Source: Octopus vulgaris (Eukaryota). Taken from it: a stretch of DNA of 64,000 nt. The translations under genes and the position numbers were made by a program. The first letter of the stretch is position 1; every line of letters starts with the position of its first letter. Below are positions 50,901-61,635 of this stretch, piece by piece. The notes beneath the pieces were generated by a model. The model was not told the DNA's origin. It saw only the letters and a list, made by a program, of their open reading frames with translations, and searched no databases. The DNA is taken from contig OX597827.1 in assembly GCA_951406725.2 (NCBI GenBank), positions 30,008,001 to 30,072,000 of the forward strand. The letters are read 5' to 3'.

Positions 50901-53900
50901 CACCAACAACAAAACCAACAACCTCACCAACCACCACACCATCAACAACACCAACAACTACACCAACAACCACACCTACATCCACACCAACAACACCTAC
51001 AACCTCTCCAACCACCACACCAACAACAACGCCAACAACGACACCTACAACCACGCCAACAACCACTCCAACATCCACACACACAACAACGCCTACAACA
51101 ACACCTTCGACCACACCAACCACAAAACCAACAACCTCACCAACAACGACACCAACAACAACACCAACAACTACACCAACTACCACACCAACGACAACAC
51201 CAACAACAATACCTACAACCTCTCCAACCACCACACCAACAACAGCACCTACAACAACACCCACAACCACACCTACAACCTCACCAACAACCACACCTAC
51301 AACGTCTCCAACAACCACACCAACGACAACACCAACAACAATACCTACAACCACTCCAACCACCACACCAACAACAACACCTACAACCACGCCGACAACC
51401 ACACCAACATCCTCACCAACAACAACACCTACAACCTCACCAACAACCACACCTACAACCTCTCCAACCACCACACCAACAACAACACTAACAACGACAC
51501 CTACAACCACGCCACCAACCACTCCAACATCCACACCCACAACAACACCTACAACAACACCTTCGACCACACCAACAACAAAACCAACAACCTCACCAAC
51601 AACGACACCAACAACAACTCCAACAACTACACCAACAACCACACCTACATCCACACCAACAACACCTACAACCTCTCCAACCACCACACCAACAACACAC
51701 CAACAACAACACCTACAACCACGCCAACAACCACTCCAACATCCACACCCACAACAACGCCTACAACAACACCTTCGACCACACCAACCACAAAACCAAC
51801 AACCTCACCAACAAGGACACCAACAACAACACCAACAACTACACCAACAACCACACCAACGACAACACCAACAACAATACCTACAACCTCTCCAACCACC
51901 ACACCAACAACAACACCTACAACCACACCAACAACCACACCAACATCCTCACCAACAACAACACCTACAACCACACCTACAACCAACACCAACAACCACA
52001 CCTACAACCTCTCCAACCACCACACCAACAACTACACCAACAACCACACCAACAACAACACCTACAACTACAGCAACAACTTCACCAACAACCACATCTA
52101 CAACCACACCAACTACAACACCAACAACAACACCTACAACCACGCCAACAACCACTCCAACAACCACACCTACAACCATGCCTCCAAGCACACCAACAAC
52201 AATACCGGCAACCACGCCAACAACAATACCAACAACACCCACAACCACACCAACAACAACACCAACAACAACACCCACAACCACACCAACAACAACACCC
52301 ACAACCACACCTACAATCACACCAACAATGACACCTACAACCACACCAACAACAACACCTACAACCACTCCTACAACCTCACCAACAACCACACCTACAA
52401 CGTCCCTAACAACCACACCAACAACAACACCTACAACCACTCTAACCACCACACCAACTTCTACACCAACAACCACACCTACATCCACACCAACAACACC
52501 TACATCCACACCAACAACCACACCTACAACTACACCTACAACCACATCTATAACCACACCAACAACCACACCTACAACCACACCAACAACCACACCAATA
52601 ACAATACCAACAACTACACCTACAACAACACCAACTACTATACCAACAAACACACCAACAACAACACCCACAACCACACCTACAACAACACCAACAAACA
52701 CACCAACTACTACACCAACAACCACACCTACAACCACACCAACAACAACACCCTCAACCACACCTACATCCACACCAACAACCACGCCAACAACCACACC
52801 AACAACAACACCTACAACCACACCTACAACCTCACCAACAACCACACCCACAACCTCACCAACAACCACACCAACAACTACACCTACAACCACTTCAACC
52901 ACCACACCAACAACAACACCTGCAACCACACCAAGTCCTACACCATCAACCACACCTACATCCACACCAACAACCCCTACAACCACACCAACAACAACAC
53001 CTACAACCACACCAACAACCACCCCTACAACCACCGCCTCATCAACGTTATCTACTCTTTATTGCACTACATATTCTCTGACCTCTCTTGTTCCTACATC
53101 TGCTACTTCATCCGTTTTCTCAATTCCAACCTCTCTGCTACCCTCGAGTGGAACTACCTATTTGTCTACTTCCGTTTTCGCTTCCACTATTTCTTCTCTC
53201 ATTAGTACAACCACACCAACCACCCCAGAATCTACAACTCCAATCACTACCCCCACAGCGCCAACAACATCACCAACAACAACGCCATCATCACCAGCAA
53301 CAACGCCAATCTCAACTCCAACAACATCTCCAACATCCTCACCAACAACCACAGCAACAACCACACTATCACTAGCTCCAACTACAACACCTTCAACGGC
53401 ACCTACTACCACTCCAACAACGGCACCCACATCAACAAACAGTTCCTTTGCAACCAACAGTACCTCTGCAGCAAACAGTACCTCTGCAGCAAACAGTACC
53501 TCTGCAGCAAACAGTACCTCTGCAGCAAACAGTACCTCTGCAGCAAACAGTTCCCCAGCAGCAATACCATCTGAAGCCCCCACAAATATTTTTTTGGCCC
53601 CCAGTCCTCCTCCTTTCAAAGCCTTTACTCAATTACCTTATTTCACTATATTGAATCTGTCGGATGGTTTTGCTATATACTGCTACACAAATGTACCTAG
53701 TTCGGCTACAGAGCCTTCAAAACCGTCTCAAAGTGAACCCGTATCCTCTGATTTCACGTCCGATGTCACTACTCCTCTGACGACATCAAAAGCGCCTTTG
53801 ACCACAGTTTCGTCTGAGTTATCCACCCCTAGTTATGAAACAACGCTTTTGGAAACTTCTTCGCCGTTGTTAACAACTCCAACAACAGCTACGCCTACCA

Positions 53901-54814
53901 CGCCATCTACAGAACAAACTACATCCACTCCAACACCGATAACTACACCAACAACCATACGACCAACAACACTAATAACAACAGCAACCACCATGCCAGT
54001 AACAACAACACCAACAGCATCGCCAACAACAACACCAATATCTACGCCAACAGCAGCGACAACTATGCCAACAATCACGTCAACAACAACTACGCCTACC
54101 ACGCCATCTACAGTACAAACTACATCCACTCCAACACCGATAACTACACCAACAACATTAATAACAACAGCAACCGCCATGCCAGCAACAACGCCTGCAA
54201 CAACAACACCAACACAATCGCCAACAACAACACCAACTACCATGCCAACTACCACACCAACAACAACACAAACTACCACACCAACCACCCCTTTTGCAAC
54301 ATTTTCTAGTGCAACAACTACAACGTTTGACCAAAGTACAGCTGCAGTTCCTTTATATTCCAGAGTTAAGCTGTGGAAGGTGAATTCGAAATACGTCAGA
54401 CGTTGCCGTTGTAAATTTCGTAAATGTCGCCGTTTACATAGTCAGAGTCGACCCCCTTGTCTTTGCATATCGCGACCTCTTAGACGTTGTCAATGTCTCA
54501 GTAGGGTGAGAAAATTTCGTCGTTCTCCTGCTTTGCGAAAACATCCTCACCGTCGTAGTCACAGACGAATTCACTTCAACCGTCGTTTCCCTCCGCGTCG
54601 CAATGCCTCTCGTCACAACACTCGACGAGGCTACCTATCACCCCGTCGCCGTTCACGAAACCGCATCTCACAAAGGCGAACTTCGCCTCGTTACCCTCTA
54701 CGTACGCGTTGTCATCACGGTGGCTCTCGTAGTGTTGACTCTTCAAGAATAAGCCACACCTCAAGACATCATTTCCAAGTGTTGTCTCAACATTATACGC
54801 CACCACAAAGTTAA
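38933..54814 (+). CDS. Exon 3 (~15.9 kb): end of LPMO-like domain, five 6-Cys modules, Arg/Ile block, PTT mucin stalk, ANSTSA repeats, Arg-rich tail
   Basis: ORFs 39007-48012 and 48974-54814 joined through a continuous Pro/Thr repeat with several apparent frameshifts and a 100-N gap. Stop TAA at 54812-54814. Confidence 0.75.
39055..39745 (+). repeat. Five tandem Cys-rich modules C-x14/15-(W/F)C-x3-C-x4/5-CP-x3-C-x-C
   Basis: For example WCYRLCKGRYCPRTHCIC, WCYVICERGYCPKSFCIC and WCLNNCPLGNCPKSHCEC. Confidence 0.9.
40190..53035 (+). repeat. ~13-kb coding minisatellite (12-bp unit CCW ACA ACM ACA = PTTT) with higher-order duplications
   Basis: Direct reading; the plus strand is almost G-free. 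Assembly gap at 47233-47332. Confidence 0.95.
53456..53551 (+). repeat. Perfect 18-bp coding repeat x5 (NSTSAA; N-glycosylation sequons)
   Basis: aacagtacctctgcagca repeated five times. Confidence 0.95.
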
Positions 54815-55315
54815 ATTCGCTTTGACCGGGTTTACTCTGACGAATTGGGTGATAAACATGCCCACATCTTACACTTTTTACCGTGGAATATCTAATACTT
54901 TATATATATATAAATGAACTAGTTACAAAATGGCCATTTAAAAAATTCAATTGTACGGTATTTTCAACGAAAGTTGTAAAGAATGTTAGCGGAATTGCTG
55001 CGCATACCTTTTGTTTGTATGTTACAATTAACTTTCAACATATTTGGTATGGATTTTCTTTATGTTAATTAACTTTTTCCTCTTCGGTTACTTATGAAAT
55101 TTTATCATTCATTATCGCTGGTTGCACTCATTAGACAGCGGCCACGCTGTGGCACTGCTATAAAGGGTTATAGTCAATCATACCGATGCCAGTACTTATT
55201 AAGATGTTATACGTAACCTATATTAGCAATCTAAGTATATATATATATATATATAATAGAAATATTAAAATTACTAAATCTCTCTAAAGGAGATTACGGC
55301 AGCGTTACTGGATAT

Positions 55316-55775
55316 TAATAGTTATCGCCAAACTAATATGGCAGTCCATAAATATAAGACTAAAGCTGTCGCTGATTAGCTCCAAGAGGCCATCGCCTCT
55401 AGCTAGCTATATGACACACGAACCTGCGTCCATTACAACCTTCGAACAGGGGAGGTCAGCCGCTTCACCTTGCTGGTCAGACATCTGCAGACATGCTTCA
55501 GGGTTGTTGCCCTTTATCAATAAAATCTTCGAACAGACGGTCGGTAGCGACACCTGCTGGGTTTGACTATGCTGCATTGATAAAGGGCAACAACCCTGAA
55601 ACATGTCTGCAGATGTCTGACCAGCAAGGTGAAGCGGCTGACCTCCCCTGTTCGAAGGTTGTAATGGACGCAGGTTCGTGTGTCATATAGCTAGCTAGAG
55701 GCGATGGCCTCTTGGAGCTAATCAGCGACAGCTTTAGTCTTATATTTATGGACTGCCATATTAGTTTGGCGATAA

Positions 55776-55780
<5 letters not shown>
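55316..55780. mobile_element. ~205-bp near-perfect inverted repeat (55316-55521 / 55576-55780); Penelope-type inverted pLTR
   Basis: The arms are reverse complements with one mismatch and a ~54-bp spacer. A hammerhead lies at the spacer/arm junction; flanked by (TA)n. Confidence 0.8.
55572..55612 (+). ncRNA. Minimal type I hammerhead with U3-A8 core variant
   Basis: ctgca-TTGATAA-aggg-caacaa-ccct-GAAA-c-at-GTC-tgcag. Confidence 0.75.
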
Positions 55781-55846
<66 letters not shown>

Positions 55847-55902
55847 TGTGTGTGTGTGTGTGTAATAGAATAAGAATAAGAATAAGAATCCTTTATATTA
55901 TG

Positions 55903-56072
55903 AGCACAAGGCCTGAAATTTTTGTGGGGAGGTGACAAGTCGATTACACCGATCCCAGTGTTTCACTGGTACTTAATTCATCGACCTCGAAAGGGTGAAA
56001 AGCAAAGTCGAGCCCCGGCGGAATTTGAACCCAGAACGTGAAGGCAGACGAAATACCGCTAAGCTCGCCGCT
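55903..56072 (-). mobile_element. SINE family A
   Basis: Meta-like core and B-box; internally deleted head. Confidence 0.75.
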
Positions 56073-56074
56073 CT

Positions 56075-56129
<55 letters not shown>

Positions 56130-56609
56130 TAATAATCTATGGGATTTATAAATATTTTAATGCATTGCTCTGAGCCTGAGGATATGAACGCGGAAAGATG
56201 ATCAACACGGTGTCCATGCATACTATGGATTGTATTATAAACATCCCAGGATTAGGGACTATTATTGTAAGAAACATGTGATTTGTGGAAACGCGCGTAG
56301 CGATGCATTAAAATATTGATAATTTCCACTCATGGTTTATTATCATTATTATTGTTGTTGTTGTTGTTGTTGTTATTATTATTATTATTATTATAACGGC
56401 ACAGCTCTGTACAACTCCCAAAACCTGATATTGCCAGTTGGTGCCACTAAGCTGTAGCCTGCATAATAAAATAGGAGCTTTTATTTGCATATTAAAATAC
56501 ATTTGCTGTAAACGAAGAAGGATATAAATAATATGTGTGTGCGTGCGCGCGTGCGTAGTGCGTGTGAGTGCGTGTGTTTGTGTGTGTGTGCGTGCGCGTG
56601 AGCGTTTGA

Positions 56610-56659
<50 letters not shown>

Positions 56660-56664
56660 TTATA

Positions 56665-56885
56665 TACATGGTTCCGGGTTCATCCCCACTGCGTAGTACC
56701 TTGGGCAAGTGTCTTCTACTTTAGCCTCGGGCCGACCAAAGCCTTGTGAGTGGATTTGGTGGACGGAAACCGAAAGAAGCTCGTCGTATGTGTGTGTGTG
56801 TGTGCATGTATTTGTTATTTATGTCTGTGTGTCACCCCACAATCGCTTAACAACCGATGTTGGTATGTTTACGTCCCCGGTGATT
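56665..56885 (+). mobile_element. SINE family B (5'-truncated)
   Basis: catggttccgggttcatccccactgcg..ttgggcaagtgtcttctact..gaaagaagctcgtcg. Confidence 0.75.
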
Positions 56886-57143
56886 CAGGTAATACGCTTC
56901 CTTCTTTCTCTAACTCACACTGAGTGTTGTGGACAAAAGATCTTGCAACTTTCAAACAACGAGAAATTTCTAAATCCCCATGCTTAGTCTTCACAGATAC
57001 CATCACAGCATGCCTTTTCATGTCGTTAGTAATCATAGGGCCTGTCATTATTATTTTCTGAAAGAGAAGTTCAATAGAAATTAGTCAAGCAAAATAATAA
57101 CTAAAAATATAAGTCCTCAAATATCGTCCGCACCCTGTATATA

Positions 57144-58391
57144 CAGGAGTTGGACAAAATAATGGAAATACCTTAAAATTTCAAACAAATTTATTTTGAT
57201 ATGCGGTAGGACTATCTTTGGCAGTAATTACATCTTGGATTCTACGAGGTATGGACTAGTGCAAAGTTTGAATTTTTTCCAAAGGAATTTTTCTCTATTC
57301 TTCAGCTAAAACAGTCTCCAGTTCTTGTAGTGATGATGGTGGAGGATATCGACTCCTTACTTGTTTTTCTAAAACGCACCATAAATGTTCAGTAATATTG
57401 AGATCTGGGGACTGTGGTGGCCAGATAAGATGTTCAACTTCACCAGAATGTTCCTCGTGCCATTCAGTAACAACTTTAGCTGTGTGAATTGGTGCATTAT
57501 CATCCTGAAAGATTGCGATTCCCTCTAAAAACAATTCTGCAACCATAGGATGAATTTGAACAGATAAAATGCTTAAATAGTGTTGACTATTAATTCTGCC
57601 ATGAAAGGAAACCATTAGGCCGGCGGATTTCCGAGATATAGCCCCCCCACCAATCATCACAGATCCTCCTCCATGTTTAACAGTTGGAAGAAGGCAGTCT
57701 GGGTCAAATGCTTCTTTTGGCTGTCTCCACACGTATACTCGGCCAGTGGTCGGAAATAAGGTAAAGAATGACTCGTCTGAGAAAATAACATTCTTCCATT
57801 ACTCTAGGGACCAATTCTGCAGGTTTTTACTCCACTCTAAACGCTTTGAAACGTTTGTTTTTAAAAGTAGTAGTTTTTCTGATTGCAGCCCTTCCGTGAA
57901 ATCCGGCTTTGTGCAGCTCCTGGCGCACAGTTTTTGTGGGAACTGGGTTCTCAAGGTGGTGATTAAGTTCTGCAGTAATTTTGGGAGCTGTTCTTTTGTG
58001 ATCCTTTATAACAGCTCACGTAAGATCCCAACGGTCCCTATCTGAAGGTTTTGGTTTTCTTCCGGAGTTTTGTTTCGACGAGAAGGTTTTTCCCTCTTTC
58101 TGTAATTACTTTCGAGACAGTACTTCTTGATACACCAAGTATGGCGCCTGCCATATGAGCACCATCAATTTGACCTCTTTGAAAGTCCGATAGGTCTGCT
58201 ATTTTAAAGAATTTTAATTACCTTTTTCTGATGATATCTGAAATGAAACAACAATTTTAGCAAAACATATAAAGCAACACTAATAATAACTCAAAAAACA
58301 TTAAAATAAACAAGCTTTTGACGGGTTTATAGATATTTCAAAATTATGATGCTATGATGCTAGGTGCTTCCATTATTTTGTCCAACCCTTG
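57144..58391 (-). mobile_element. Tc1-family DNA transposon with degenerate DDE transposase
   Basis: ~30-bp TIRs caggagttggacaaaataatggaaatacct / aggtgcttccattattttgtccaacccttg, TA on both sides. Motifs PTVKHGGGSVM, FQDDNAPIH, WPPQSPDLNITEHLW. Confidence 0.9.
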
Positions 58392-58698
58392 TATATATAC
58401 ATGCAAAACAAGAGAAAGCAAAGGGTGGGAACATCCAGATGATGAATTTTTATTTATATATTCGATGTCTAATTTGTTTATCCGCATAAATGCCTCAATA
58501 TCCGCTCAACCTGATCCCTCATTATAGCCATTCGTTCCTTTGTAGATGATCTCCTTTAAAGACATCGGAGTCTAAGGTTGAATCTTTTGAGCACTACGAA
58601 GTGTTTTCTTTACAGAGAATATCTGGTTCTCATCTGTGAACTATTTATATACATATATATTTTTAAAATATATATATATATATATGTATGTATGTATG

Positions 58699-58763
<65 letters not shown>

Positions 58764-58801
58764 CCATCCTTTCTATCTTCAACTTCGCTCAGAGATTTAT
58801 T

Positions 58802-58939
<138 letters not shown>

Positions 58940-58955
58940 ATATATATATATATAT

Positions 58956-59503
58956 ATACAAAGAGTAAATATATGGCACAACGAAGTACCGATATTTACT
59001 GGAAATAGCGAACGTAACAATACGACGCTAATGTATAGCTTCACCGCGTATGTACTAGCAAAAATGCGTGTGTGCAACAAACTAGAAAAAATTGTCTTAC
59101 CTCCAGGGAGAACATCTGAAAGATGAAATACCTGGAAAAGGATAATGTGGGACCTGCGCAGGTTTCAGATTTTTCAAGATATGTCTGCACCCATAAATTG
59201 ATCTATCTTCATCAGCCAAACATATACCACGACAAAATTTCAGATGTTACCACATTAATGCCATTCCACTCGACTGAAACGCCGAAACGCTAACAGCACG
59301 AGAACAGTGAAGAAGTTTCAATAAATTAGTAATGCAATACTAGAGTATTGCTTTCCGGTGAAGCTATACATTAGCGTCGTATTGTTACGTTCGCTATTTC
59401 CAGTAAATATCGGTACTTCGTTGTGCCATATATTTACTCTTTGTATATTTTTCCCTCACGGGCTATTCTTTACTGGAAAGCAATACTCTAGTATTGCATT
59501 ACT

Positions 59504-59510
<7 letters not shown>
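58956..59510 (-). mobile_element. Hammerhead-bearing element with interleaved inverted repeats (58956-59047/59356-59447; 59321-59356/59475-59510)
   Basis: Direct reverse-complement matches; bounded by (TA)n. Confidence 0.75.
59148..59218 (-). ncRNA. Type I hammerhead ribozyme motif
   Basis: Minus strand reads tgg-CTGATGA-agat..atct-GAAA-cctgcgcagGTC-cca. Stem III is the 12-nt palindrome ACCTGCGCAGGT. Confidence 0.75.
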
Positions 59511-59574
<64 letters not shown>

Positions 59575-59575
59575 G

Positions 59576-59637
<62 letters not shown>

Positions 59638-59854
59638 TGTATGTATAATAAATCTCTGAGCGAAGTTGAAGATGAAAAGGATGGCTTCCCTTTGCAAATA
59701 CTGATAGGGCAAAGAAAGTGTGTCAATAGCCAGCTGGAGGAGGTGTGTTCCAGGGGCTACAAGCTACTGTTGCATCCATCCTTAAGTGTTAGCCACATTT
59801 AAGTGGCAAATATTCTTCACGATATATATATATATATATATATATATTCTTCTA

Positions 59855-60060
59855 TTCTTTTACTTGTTTCAATCATTTGACTGCGGCTATGCTGGAGCAC
59901 CGTTTTAGTCGAACAAATCGACCCCAGGACTTATTCTTTGTAAGCTTAGTACTTATTGCATCGGTCTCTTTTTGCCGAACCACTAAGTTACGGAGACGTA
60001 AACACACCAACATCAGTTGTCAAGCGATTTTGGGGGGACAAACACAGACACACAAACATA
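59855..60060 (-). mobile_element. SINE family B tail
   Basis: Matches 14215-14420 and 63600-63815. Confidence 0.8.
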
Positions 60061-60068
60061 TAGATGTA

Positions 60069-60124
<56 letters not shown>

Positions 60125-60228
60125 GATTTTGCTTAGCAACAATGATACTAATGCTTAGTTGTCAGAACTCAATAAACACATTCTTTAGAATATAGCCTCA
60201 AAGACTGCTGTAAGCTAAGATTGATTGA

Positions 60229-60311
<83 letters not shown>

Positions 60312-60499
60312 GATAAGATACACTAATATATTTGTGTGCGTGTGTGTGTATGAGCGCGTGTGTGTATGTATATAGGTGTATGTTTGTCTATGTATATATT
60401 AGTACATGTATATATGTATATATATATCCGTGAAAGAGCATGACGGGCTACAATATCTGCGTGTGTACACACATACATATGTGGATAGGTGGATAGATG

Positions 60500-60574
<75 letters not shown>

Positions 60575-61200
60575 TTTGATTTATAGGTAAAAAATATACA
60601 TATATACATAAGTATGTGTATATGTATATGCATACAAACACGCACACACACAGACACACATACGCACACACGTACACACATACACACACACACACATACA
60701 CACACAGCACACACCGTACAGTGAAATGTAGTTTCCATTACATGACGGATCGCAAGAACAGCTGAACGCTGGTTTCACACTTGAATGCTTGAAAAGGCAC
60801 TCACAACCGTTTTTGAAGGAGAAATGCTCTCGCTTCTATTTTAAAATACTCGGTTTGTGTTTTAATTACTTTATATCAATAAAAGTTATAAAATAAACAT
60901 AAAGATAATTTATCAGAAGAACATTAAACGTAAATACTTTACTAAACTCCATTATTTTTTTTTATTTTATTCAATTATACTCTTAAACAGTATTTTTTAT
61001 ATTGTTCTTTTTTTTTATTCTTCTGCTATTCTTTTTGTCTTTTGTTTTACCATCTTTTGACGGTCTGGTGCTATTTCCTTTTTGGATAGTTTAATAATTT
61101 TGTTTTTATTCGGGAGAGGGGGTTGCTTTTTTGCTTGTATGTTTGTTGTTGCTGTTGTTGTTTGTTTTTGTCTTCTTTTTTTTCTCAAACTCAAAAGTTG

Positions 61201-61206
61201 TATAAA
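61201..61206 (+). promoter_or_regulatory. Candidate TATA box of downstream gene
   Basis: TATAAA ~175 bp upstream of a signal-peptide exon. Weak evidence in AT-rich DNA. Confidence 0.35.
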
Positions 61207-61377
61207 TTCCAGCTAGAGAGAGACACCTGCCGTCAAAGAGAAGCTGACGCTCACCAAAGTTGTCGTCTTGAAAAGCTTTGGGTGTCTTCCTCTTCCTAAT
61301 TTACAAAACAAAAAAAGAAAACAAATAATAGTAATCGTAATAATAATAACCGAAAGCTTTACTAAAATCTCAAAGCT

Positions 61378-61509
61378 ATGATTAAACCAACGTCTACTTC
61401 GCTTCTGATCTTGAATCAGTTTCTACATGTCGCATTCTTCATGCTATGTGCAGCATCATTTTCCAATGCGTTAATCACTTTCCAATCACCAGACAAGGAT
61501 CTTTGCAAT
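61378..61509 (+). CDS. First coding exon (signal peptide) of a second secreted-protein gene continuing beyond the window
   Basis: MIKPTSTSLLILNQFLHVAFFMLCAASFSNALITFQSPDKDLCN then GTAAGT, phase 0. Same layout as exon 25745-25864. Confidence 0.6.
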
Positions 61510-61635
61510 GTAAGTGTCACAAATTCTTACCTTTTATTTGTTTATTCTTATACTGATTTTTGTTTTTTATTCACTAAGATATTTGAGCACAGATATGGTC
61601 TGTTGTTTAGTCTTCTGGAGAAAAGAATATTCTTT

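Noticed and set aside
40146-53034. Long minus-strand Val/Gly ORFs
   Set aside because: Antisense shadows of the PTTT repeat; no independent start, splice or domain evidence.
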